A stretch of DNA of 64,000 nt. Source: Azolla caroliniana. Lineage: Eukaryota > Plantae > Polypodiophyta. Where the stretch lies: positions 17,360,001-17,424,000 of the forward strand of contig JBHGNT010000006.1 of the NCBI GenBank assembly GCA_043228905.1, given 5' to 3'. The position numbers were made by a program, and so were the translations under genes. This document shows, piece after piece, positions 9,799 through 21,005 of the stretch. How positions within the stretch are numbered: position 1 is the stretch's first letter; each line of letters begins with the position of its first letter. Below the pieces are notes generated by a model. The model did no database searches. It was not told the DNA's origin and was given only the letters and a program-made list of their open reading frames with translations.

Positions 9799-12700
9799 CT
9801 CTTCCTGTTCGCTTACGCCACGCGACGTAATACGCTCATAGATATTTGCAATAGATTGTATAGCTCTCCATTCTCTGCACTACTCTCCTTGAGCCATACC
9901 CCGAATAACTGAGGGTAGGCCGTGTTTACCCTAGCCGGTAACAGAAACAACATTGAGCAAGGATACTGACTGGAAAGGAAACGATCGAGAGGCAAACGAA
10001 CGCGGATACAGATCGAGGATCTAGAGAGGAGCATAGGAGTAGAAACAAGCAAGCTATGAACAATCGACACAAGGCCGAAGTCGAGAATCGGACACAAGCC
10101 GACTTTGACATTTGGACTGATTCGAACAAGTTGATTGGATCAACTCACGGCATCTCAACCTACTTTCTATTAGACCGGACGAGGCTGGACGCAAACCGAA
10201 CGGATAACAAGATCATGTGGTGAAAGTAAAGGGAACTAAACTAAAGGCCATGTGAATGCATGCAAAAAGTTGGAAGGCATGCAAAGAAAAGGTAGAAAGA
10301 TCATGCAACTAAAGTAAAGGCCATGTGGATGCATGCAACAAAAGGGGAAAAGCATGCAAAGGAATGGAAAAAGCAAACTGAAGTCCTTCATGCAAAGGGA
10401 TGGGTGAGAGACAAAGAGGAAGGATCTGAATTCTTGGAAGGGGATCGATCACTCATAATTCCAATTTTTCCATACGCGAAGGAAACTATCTCTCTAATAA
10501 ACCCTAAATTCCCTACGGAAGCCATAGCACTCAAAAACCCTAATTTTCCCTATGGAAGCCAAAAACCCTTATTTTCCATACGGAATTTGTTACCCATTCC
10601 TTTGGGTGAACGTCTTCGATAGATCTGCGTCTATCGGTCTTCAAGGGCGTGGTACGTGAAGGCTCGTAACAGAGGCGTCGAGAGAGATACAGGGCTCAGA
10701 GAGCAAACACTAGCGAGGTTTTGATAGACGTGGCGGCGTGAAACTCATAGGTATGGATCAAAGCACAGACTCATGCAGCAAAATAGGCACAATTAAGATA
10801 TATTACTATGGCAGAAAAGGATTACAGAACACGGCCTATGGCCGGCGACCTTACGAGTTTATCTAATTATGAATGACTAAGCTAGTGCTTCCGCCTATAG
10901 TTTTCTTCTCTCCCCTCTTAGGTACTGCTCCTCGTTTAAATAACTTTTCTCCCAACACACAGCCGAGCCATCGGTGGCCCGTGATACTCGGACTCGACGT
11001 TTGCTAATTTCCTAATTTTACATTTCTGTCCTCTGGACAACACCTGGCATGCCCGTGGGACAGGACCTTGTCCGTCGGACCCACGACTTACAAAATACTA
11101 ACAATATTACCAAAATTGCCTTTTAGGCGTGATCCTCGTTTCATTCCTCCTTTAAGATGTCGAGGATGCTTTCGAGGTCCGGGGTGGTGGCAGGGTGGTC
11201 TGGTTGGACTGTCGGTGCGGGGGGTTGAGTTTGGTCCGGGGGTGGCATATCTTCTCGGGCGTCCGCCTCAGGTGTGGCCGATTCTTCTGGTGGGCGTGTG
11301 GGTTCGTGGGTGCTGAACTCTCCTTCGACAGGATCTGGTACCGTGTGGGCATCCATGGGATGTCTGTTGGCCGGGGCAAGTTACTCCTGTGCCGTGTCCG
11401 TGATCTCCTTGCTAGGAGGTTCTTCTTTCTGCTCTATGGCCGTTGGAGGGCTGGTGGGGATGGCTGCAAGTCGTTCTCGTTCGAAGGCTTCTGCTTCCAG
11501 GTGAAACAACATCTAACCGTCATTGAAGTCCTCCATTATTTGCTCGATTGCCGCGGTGTGAGATTTTGCCAAGGACTGGTAATCCTCGGTTAAATCTGCA
11601 TGCAGGTTTTGAATGCTGGCTTCGTCCATTTTGTAGAAGCCGCGGCCCTCCTTCCATCGGTTCTCGGCGTCGGCGCGTAAAATATGCAATTTGGCAGCTT
11701 GGGCTGCCCATTCGTTTCCTACGCGACTTAATGTTTCCTCGACCTTTTTGGTAAGGTGTTGGCGCTGTTTCTCGATCAGTATTCGGATGCGTGTCTCATC
11801 CATGCCGGGCTGTGCTCGGATGACTGCTAATTCCTGTTTTAAGCCGTCGACCTCGACCTAAATCTTCTGTGTCCTTAGCTCATAGATGGCCTGACTGTTC
11901 TTTGCATCCGCGGTTACGAGCTGGAGAGCCTGCTCGTAATGCTTGGTGAGTTCTTCGGTGGCCTGCTCCCATTCTTTCTGACACGTGGCCCGGATTTGTT
12001 CCCGTTCGACGATTCTCTCTTCTTGAAGGGCGAAGTAGGAATCTGATAAGGCGTCTTTTTGCTCTAAAAGTAGCTTGCATTTGATGAAAAACTCGTCAGC
12101 CATCTCTTTAAGGGTTGTACGCTGACTCTGCAGCTCGACATTCTCCGCGTTCATCCTCTCCTCCCATTGGCGATTTCTTTCCTCCTGCCGCTGGTTCCAG
12201 TCTTTTGCATTGTCGAGTGCGGCCTTTACGTCTAGAACCTCCTCTTTCTTCACCACTGTGGCTGCGTATTCCTCCAGCTTGCTTTTGAGTTCGGCTTCGT
12301 TGGCCGCGGCTTGCGCTTGTACCCGGCCCAGTGCTTCGTTCTGCTCGTGTATCCTTTGGTCAGCCTGGGCTCTTATCTCGGCCATCTGCTTGGAAGCTTC
12401 TTCTTTTAGGCGAGCCATCACCTCTTGATGCCATTGTTCGTGTTTCTCGGTTCGCCGTTGTTCCTCTTTAAGCTCCGCACGGTAATCCCGGAGCGGGGGT
12501 TCTGTTTGGGTTGCCACCTCCTTGGGTGCACGAGGTGGTGGTAGTTCGGTCTGCTCCATGGGCGTGGCCGCCTCGGTTGTTTTGCAGGCATCGACTATTT
12601 GTAATGAGTCCGTTTGTGTACTGGCCTGCACCTTCAGGATTGAGTCGGTGATGGTGCTTTCATCCATCATTGCTATGCGTGGAGGCACTGGGAGGGCCTC

Positions 12701-13449
12701 GGTGGTCGTTACCGGAAGGCTCGGGAATTGTTGTTCCGGCCAGTTCTGCTCTCAGGCTGCCAGGTTCTGGTTCGCAACGTGCCATAGTTCTGTAGCCATC
12801 TTCGCTTGTTTTTGGGCTATTTTTATCTTTCGGGCCATGTCTTTAGCTGCCCGCGTAGTGCGATCCAGGTCCCGATATGCCTCAATAAGGGCCATGTTCA
12901 AATCGTGGACCTCCATGAGGAGAGCGGCCTGTTTTGCCTGCTTCTTCCTCCCGATTTTTTGTAAAGCCCTGTCCTCCTGGGGCTCAATTTCACCTATTAG
13001 CGCGCATTGAATCATTTTTGTTTCGGCGTGCTCTTCCGCCATTTGAGCGGCTGCCACGACTTGGGCTCTAGCGAGGAAGTCGACCAACTCGAATGCCGTA
13101 CGGAGGCGTAGGAGCGCACTAAATTCGTAAGCCTCCGCGGGGAGGTCCTTATACCCGAGGACTTCATCCTCCGAGATCTGCGTTGTCTGCCCATGCTCGA
13201 TCGTTCCTTGGTTTAGCGATGCCTCCGCAGGGGTGATGGCCAGGTTGCTCTGTCTAACCACTAAGGCTTGCTCCTGATGTGGCTCCTTCTGTTCTTCCGA
13301 GGACTCGCGGTTGAGTCGTCTTCTTTTGCTTGGCTGTGTTTGGGGTTCCGGGGCCGGTAGTGTCGTTTCCTCCGCCTGCTTCCTTTTTGTTGGGATTTCG
13401 GTCCCTCCGGATGGGATGTCCGGAGATGAATGACGGCAAGCCCGGAGGC

Positions 13450-14078
13450 TGTTACGGAGCCGGATGATGAAGACCCCGGTTACGGAGCCGGATGATGAAG
13501 ACCCCGGTTACGGAGCCGGATGCAGAAGACCCCGGTTACGGAGCCGGATGCTGAAGACCCCGGTTACGGAGCCGGATGCTGAAGACCCCGGTTACGGAGC
13601 CGGATGCCGTATGAACCCGGAGAGAGATCCGGATGCGGGGACATATTTGTGAATATGTTTGCCAAGGGCCCTTGAGGCTATATTTGCAAATAGCCCGAAA
13701 GTCATATGTGTATAAATATGACTTAGGGCAAACTGTTGTGGATGTTGTTGCTCATTTTTCTGTTTTCCACTTAGAGGGAGTTAAGAGAGCAGCCGAGAGA
13801 GAGAGAGAGAGAGGAAGAGGTCGACGCCTCTGTGTATTACCGCCGCCTGTGGCGAAGACAGTGAGCCCAAGGTTGTTGCCTTGTAGCTACACCTTTGTAC
13901 ATCTCTGTTCATAGTGATAGTTGGAGTTTGAGGACTCCCGTGGTTTTTCCCATTTAGGGTTTTCCACGTAAAACACTCTGTGTACTCTTCTCTCTACTGT
14001 CTTCGTGCATTGTGTATTTTTCCCGTTTTCTGTGATTTGATCCTATTCCTCGGTTGTGGCCGAGCACTGAGCGCAACA
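13450..14078 (+). mobile_element. Solo Ty1/Copia-type LTR inserted in the extra ORF
   Basis: TGTT...AACA, TATAAATA, (GA)n, and the Copia U5 motif CCCGTGGTTTTTCCC...AGGGTTTTCCACGTAAAA; no matching TSD seen. Confidence 0.8.
13451..13607 (+). repeat. 28-bp tandem repeat (GTTACGGAGCCGGATGCTGAAGACCCCG), ~5.6 units
   Basis: Directly visible, near-perfect units at the LTR 5' end. Confidence 0.95.
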
Positions 14079-15499
14079 CTTTTCTGGGGTCGTGGTGGTG
14101 CAGCCTGTTGTGTGTTGGAGCATGGGCTAGGTCCTGGGGATGTTACCGAGGGACGCGACGTTGGTTGTTGAATGGTGACGTCATCGGCCGTGTTGTCTTC
14201 CGCGGCTACCTCCTCCTGCCATTCTTGGGAGGTCTCGGAAACTACCCTTTTTCGTTGGGGTTGGGCGGGTGGTGGTGCAGATGCGGTGTTTTGGTCGGCG
14301 GCAGGGGGTGAAGGTGATGTGGGCTCTTCCCATGCTTCATGGCTGATGGCCACAAATTTCTCTCTCTGCCTTCATGGTGGTGGTGGGGACGTGAGTGTGC
14401 GAGGGGAAGGAAGTGAAGAGGGTGGGTATAGAACCATCAAAAAGTGGGTAAGAACAGACAACATCTTCTTACCGGACTAAAATGAAGCTAAGGCGGCGCG
14501 GAGTCCCTCGCCTGTGATGATTCCCCAATCGATTCTGTTTCCTTCATAAGCGCTGATGATGATGGCTGCCTTGTTCTGCGGCATGCTCGTTGGGTTCGTA
14601 TGCACGAACGCATACTCCATCAATATACGAGAAATCTCCCCGAAAGCTTTGTTGGGCCCGCCATATGTGCGATATGCCTTCCCTGTGGCTGAGTACTCAC
14701 CGAAGTACGCCTTCATCTTTGATGCCGGGGGTATGTCGACCTCATGGTCCCCTCCCCGTTGCAGGTCCAAAACAGCCCGAAGCACGTTGTTGGTGATGGC
14801 TTCGGGACTTATACGTTTAGCCACAGTTTGGGCATCTGGGTGTGCGGGGGCATCGATGATCTTCAGGTAACCGCCCATTCCTCGTTCTTGGAGCCAGGCG
14901 CGAGTTTCTGTTGAGGCAGTAAGAGGCATGGTGGAGATGGAGGCTGGGTTCGACTGTGTGGAAGCGTGAAGCAAAGTGATGAGGCGAGGGCGAGCCACAG
15001 GAGGAACAACAGGAAGGGGAAGTCCAGCAGAGAGGTTATGAGAGCGGAAGAGGGCTTGAGAGCAAGAGCGCTTCGCGTGATGAGGGCGAGATGGGGTTTC
15101 TGATCTTGAGAGCAATGGAGATGGGGAGCGATAATGGTCTGTGTTGCGTTTTGGAAACGGTTTTAGTAACTTATTCCTAGGGTTTTGTGCCTGCAGCGAA
15201 TCCTGAAGATTCTGAGTCGTGGGTGCCATAATAAGTGACTAGCACCACGTGTCCTGAAGGTGAGTGGGGTGCTTCTAGTGCTTTGCATGTGGTTTGCATG
15301 TGTGAACAGCTTAAATAGGTACTAACTGAGTGGTGGCGAGGGGTGCTCCTAAAATTTTGGGTGCCTAGGTGGGTGGTGTAGGTGTAGCTAATCAGTGGCT
15401 AACTATGGTTAATCCTACCTACTACTACTATTATTAATTTCAAGAAGGTGGGTGAGTCCTTATTCAGGGGGACACGTGGCGTCCTCCGTGGTGATCTCC

Positions 15500-18400
15500 C
15501 GAGTCTCGTTGGTGCCGTGTGGCTCGGTAAACGGGTTGGGTGGTGTAGTCCCTCGATATGGTCTAAGCCGAAAACCATTGGCCCAGCTTTTGACCGTGTC
15601 ATCGGCGAGTGTGCCCAGCTGGAACGTCCCGTTGAACTCGTCGATAATCTAGAATGGACCGGTCCACCGAAATCTTAATTTTCCCGGTATTGACCCGAGT
15701 CGTGTTTGGAAAAGAAGAACTGGTTTGCCGATGGTGAGCTCTTTCTCCATCCGTAATGCCCGTCGAGTTCCAAGTCCCGAGCCTCTGAGTTCAAGTCAAA
15801 GCACGGCGGGCATTACGGCTGCTAACCCGAACGCCATTCGAAAGGGGGTCGATTGGATGCTTGTTTTGAAAGTCGTACGATACGCCCACAGCGCGCTCTA
15901 GAGTTTGTCATCCCAATCGGTCCTGTTTTCATTGACGATCTTCTTCAGTATGGTTTGGAGGATGTTATTGGTCGATTCTGCCAAGCCATTTGCCTGCGGG
16001 TAGTATGGTGTGCTTTTCTTGTGCACCACCGCGTAGTGGTGTGTAAGCTCACGTATTATATGATTGATGAAGTGCCCACCTTGGTCACTAACGAGCTCGA
16101 TTGGACATCCGTAATGGCACCAGAGGTGCTCGTACACAAATTTAGCCGTGGATGCCGCCATGTTATCTCGGAGTGCCTTAGCCTCGACCCATTTGGTGCA
16201 GTAATCCGTGGCAACGATAATATATCTATTCCCTATTTGGGCCGCAGGTGGTTTGAAAGGACCTACAAAATCCAAACCCCATTTTTGAAATGGGTCCAAC
16301 GGAAGAATCGGCTGGTGTGGCATCCGTGACTGTTCCCTTGGTTGCCCCAGACGTTGGCACAAATCGCACTGCCGGCAAAACTCATGAGCGTCTTTCTTTG
16401 TTGTCGGCCACCATAATCCACTTTGCCAAACTTTCCTTGCCGTGGAATCCCCGGCATAGTGTCCCCCAGCTGCTCCCTGGTGGGCTTCCTGAAGAACGAC
16501 GTTCTTCTCGAATTGCCGAATCGCTCGGCGCCATATGCCATCCGAGCCTTTGTGGTAGAGAATGTCCGAGACGAGGCAAAAATTCCGGCTACGCACTGCT
16601 AGGCGTTTTCTCGTGTCAAGGGTCATGTGCTCGGGAGGTACACCGGTAGTGAGAAAATGGGTCATCTCCGTGATCCATTCATCTCCGTTATCGTCTGGTA
16701 CCGAGGTCAAGTTAAATAGGCTGGCGTCCGGTAGGTCGTCGTACATTGTTTTCGCCGGTTCTCTTGACTCAAGACGGCTCAAGTAGTCGGCGACGGCATG
16801 TTGTACCCTAGGTCGATGCTAAATCTGAAAATCAAACTCTTGTAGTAGGAGCATCCACCGAGCCAACCGTCCGGTGAGGGCTTTGTTTATTGACCAAATT
16901 AAGAAGAGCCGAGTGATCCACGTGAAAGGTAAATTTTCAGCCCAAGAGGTAATGCCGAAATTTACTGATGCTATAAATCATACCGAGAGCCTCCCACTCG
17001 GTGGTGGAGTAATTCTTTTCCGCAGTCGAGAGCCGTCGACTGACGTAGTACACAGGCCTATACCAATTCGGGGGTGTGCATTGCATCAGAGCACTTCCGA
17101 TGGCGATGTCCGAAGCATCTACGAAGACATGAAACGGTTCGGACCAAACCGGAGACTGGACCACCGGGGCATGTGACAGCATTCGTTCAGGGTCTGATAG
17201 GCCGTGTCCTCGACTGACGTCCATTGGAAAGGAAGGCGATGGACTGCCGCGTGTAAGGGTGTTGCGAAATCGGCCAGGTGTCGTAGCATTCGGCTGTGCC
17301 ACCAGATCTGTCCCAAAAAACGGCTTAGTGCCTTAGCGTTCGAGGGTGCGGTGGCATCCAGGATTGCCTTTACTTTATCCGGGTCCATAGCGATGCCTTC
17401 TTGACTAACAATGTGGCCGAGAAGGTTGCCGCTGGTGACTAAGAACGCGCATTTCGCCGGGTTTAAACTCAATCGACCTTGGCGACATCGGTCTAGGCAG
17501 AGTCGTAACTGGGTCATGTGTTCCCGTCGATGGCCATACACGGCGAAATCGTCGAGAAAAACTTGCATGAACGCCGGGATGTAGTCATGAAAGATTTTAG
17601 TGATGATGCGCTGGAACGTAGCCGGCGCTGTTTTTAGACCGAACATCATAACTTCTACTACAAAAACACCCCATTCCGTGACGAAAGCGGTTTTCTCCTA
17701 ATCCTCCGGGTGCATTTGTATCTGGTTATAGCCGCTGAACCCGTCGAGGAAACTGTAGCATTCGTGGCGGGCTATCGTGTCGAGGACGCTATCCGTGAAT
17801 GGGAGAGGGAAACCGTCGGTGACTGTTGCCGCGTTAAGCTTCCGATAGTCGACGCAGACGCGGATTTTGCCGTTCTTCTTTGGGACCACTACGATCGGGC
17901 TCAACCATGTAGCCCATTTAATAGGGCGAATGAAGCCCACTCGGAGTAACTTGTCAATTTCCTCTTTGACTTTAGCGGCGTAGTTGGGGTTCATCCTGTA
18001 GCGCCTCTGCTAAACCGGCTGAGTGTCGGGTAAGATGTGAATTTGATGTTGGTAGTATTGAGGATCTAGCCCCTTCATATCGGTGTAAGACCAAGCGAAA
18101 ACATCCTGGTAGTCGGTGAGTAATTTTACGAGGCATGCCCGCTCGCCGGTTGGTAGATTATTGGCAATTTGTACCGTACGGGGATTCTCGTCCGAACCGA
18201 GGTTTATTGTTTCCCGGGTTGATGCTTTCACTCGTTGTGAAATGGCGAGTTCGCGTTCGAAAGCCTCTCGAGCATGACGTAGCTCGGCAACTGTGGTTGC
18301 ATCGGGTTCATCCTGGGGTGGTGACTCCTCCGTGACTTCCTCGTCTTTAGATGGCTCGATGGTTGGTAAGGCATTGATTTCGAAGAGAGGAATGATCGTG

Positions 18401-20030
18401 GGATGATCATCTAGGAAGTCATCGACCTCCTCATCGGCCAATCCGTCGAGCATATGGACCCCTTTCGCGTATAACGGCGAAGTGTTGAGGGCGATGGGGA
18501 CTCGTTCTTCAGTGATGATTCGGACTTTTGTCTTCCCTCTTCGGAACGAGATCATGTTGCGTTACCAATGTTGCTTGATATTCGCTGTACGCAACCATGG
18601 TCGACCTAGTAACATTGGGTAGGCACCTTGTGTCTCTAGTCGTAGCACGACAGCCGAGATCGTGAACATTGCCTTGCCATGATATTGTTTACCGCGGGTG
18701 CCTTGCCACGGTTGGTTGTCGGACATTGCGTGGCGTAGTGGCCTGGCTGGTTACATTTAAAACATGTCACGTTGGCCGAGCTGCTGCTGTCCGCTCGGTC
18801 TGTGTGTGCAAGTTGTTGTTGTTGATCCTCGGTCTCGTTTGGTGGTGGGTTGTTCTGAGGTGCGTTGGAGTTGCGCTGGTCATGTTGAGGAGCGTCCCGT
18901 CGGCAGTTGTGATTAGGTCTTCTATTGTTGCGTGTGTTGCGATTGCCGTTTCGCCGATCCATGCGTGAGTTCCTTCGGTCATACCGATCATCGCGATCGT
19001 CATCGTATCGAGCATAATCGTCGTGCCGGTCATCGCGATAATAATCACGACGATTATCATGTTGGTAGTCGTCGTTTCGGCGCCATCGATCCGGGGATCG
19101 CGGTTGGTCGTTATCCTGGTCTCGGTAGATATATCGCTCGTCCTGCCGAGAGTATGTATTTCGTGGCTCGATCTGGCGGACCGGTGCCGCCATTGTGTGG
19201 TTCAGCATATTATATTCGCACTGCTCGACCGTGTGAGCTTGAGACTGACAGATCGGACACTGTGGTCGATGGGGACATTCGAGGGCCAGGTGCCCTGATC
19301 CTGAACACGCAATGCATTGGAGGGCTTGGCGAAACCGATTGTCCTCTTGGGGAAGAGCGTTTTGCAAGGATGTCATCAAGAAGGCCGTGTCGTGCTGGTT
19401 CCAATCGAGGGCGAGAACGCGCGCTATGACTTGTTCGATAGTATGGTTGGCGAAATTTGTAAGTGCGAGAGTCGTTGGTAGAGGCTCCCTTAAACTAGAT
19501 AGGAAAGTGTCCGGTATATGTTGTGCCGAGACATCATCGACCACTTGTCTATAGAGATCCTGGAACCGGATTGTGAACTGCGCGACCGTTTCGTGCGGTT
19601 CCTGGCATATAGAGAAGAATTGCCGGAGCAGTTCCCGTTTAGGCACCTCGCGATGAGAAAGTTCAAGGAACTTTGTGCGCACGATTTGGAAAGTGGTGGC
19701 CTCTCCTATTTCGAGGCGAGAGTACCATCGTGCGGCCGGTCCATCGAGGGAGAGTGTGAACTCGGCAATCTTCGAAGCATCGATTTCGCCCGGCGTGAGG
19801 CAGTGCGTGGAGTGGTTAGCCTGCCACGTGGATATAAAGGCACAGATGTGTGACTCCACGTCAGGTCCGTCGGCATATCGTGGGTATGGGTATGGCATGA
19901 TGTCGTACTGTGGTTCTTCTGGTAGCACCGGAAAAGGGTTTAGTTCTGGTTGATTGACCTCCGGAGGGCTCGACAGGGGTTCTGGTGGTGAATCAACCCG
20001 CGATCGAGTGTCCGGTGGCGAGGATTGCAC
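15500..20030 (-). pseudogene. gag-pol of the Athila-like Gypsy (gag 18636-20030, PR ~18500-18640, RT ~17119-17994, RNase H ~16800-17150, integrase ~15500-16782)
   Basis: CFKCNQPGHYATQC knuckle; SPIVVVPKKNGKIRVCVDYRKLN, LDGFSGYNQI, FLDD; VDASDIAIG; GGHYAG, CDLCQR, WGLDFVGP, YYPQANGLAE; multiple stops and frameshifts. Confidence 0.93.
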
Positions 20031-21005
20031 TGGACAAGCCCCCGATTGATCGGGAAAGGATTTGTCAGTGACCGCCGAGTCGGAAGTTCCTTCGACTGGC
20101 TCAGGGCGTCGGACGGGTGGCCGAGACCTCGTGGTGCGAGAGGGCGCCGTAACGGCGGCTGGTGGTTACCTTCAACGAAGTTCGCTGTGCACTCACAGTT
20201 GTAACCGGGCATGCCAAATTGTGTTACCCGTTCCTTTGGGTGAACACCTTCGATAGATCTGCGTCTATCAATCTTCTAGGGCATGGTACGTGAAGGCTCG
20301 TAACAGAGGCGTCGAGAGAGATACAGGGCTCAGAGAGCAAACACTAGCGAGTTTTTGATAGACGTGGCGGCGTGAAACTCATAGGTATGGATCAAAGCAC
20401 AGACTCATGCAGCAAAATAGGCACAATTAAGATATATTACTATGGCAGAAAAGGATTACAGAACACGGCCTATGGCCGGTGACCTTACGAGTTTATCTAA
20501 TTATGAATGACTAAGCTAGTGCTTCCTCCTATAGTTTTCTTCTCTCCCCTCTGAGGTACTGCTCCTCGTTTAAATAACTTTTCCCCTAACACACAACCGA
20601 TCCATCGGTGGCCCGTGATACTCGGACTCGGCGTTTGCTAATTTCCTAATTTTACATTTCTGTCCTCTGGACAACAAAAGCTATTGAACTCATAAACCAT
20701 AATCTCTTATCAAAGCCAAAAACCCTAAATTTCTATTGAATCCATATTTAGTTTCTTCTAATCTATTATTCTAGTAATCTCCATAAGCGAAACTTTTGTA
20801 ATCCCAATCTTCAGATTGATTGTAATCTTTCTTTCCCTTTCTAAATGAAATTTGTCAATCTTTCTTATTTTAGTTAATTCTTAGTACATAAACATACGAA
20901 TTTGATATCCTCTGGTTGGAGGCCCCGGAGTCTTGCCTCAAGTTCATGAATCCTCGTCGTATTTTCGCGACACTGCCGATCGGGGAGCTCTCGGGCTCGT
21001 CGCGC

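Larger units (their letters stand above)
11141..15229 (-). pseudogene. Extra ORF downstream of pol: N-terminal globular domain (..AYEGNRIDWGIIT..), low-complexity linker and long coiled coil; broken by stops and a solo LTR
   Basis: ORF-track pieces 14477-15229, 13994-14353, 12752-13261, 11858-12688, 11513-11803 and 11141-11356 all share one minus frame. The C-terminal part is conserved at 42690-43238, where the TAG at 11513 is CAG. Confidence 0.75.
10588..20676 (-). mobile_element. Near full-length non-chromovirus (Athila-like) Ty3/Gypsy; 455-bp LTRs at 10588-11042 and 20222-20676
   Basis: Direct LTRs (TGTT...AACA, ~16 mismatches by eye); gag-PR-RT-RH-IN order on the minus strand; PBS TGGCATGCCCGGT at 20204-20216; flanks do not form a TSD (GAATT vs AAAGC). 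Confidence 0.95.
10164..20972. mobile_element. Truncated LTR of the 29594-30876 family, split (10164-10587 and 20677-20972) by the 10-kb Gypsy
   Basis: The reverse complement of 20910-20972 matches TGTCGTGAAAATACGACGAGG... at 29594; the AAACCCTAA/GGAAGCC repeats are shared. Confidence 0.75.
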
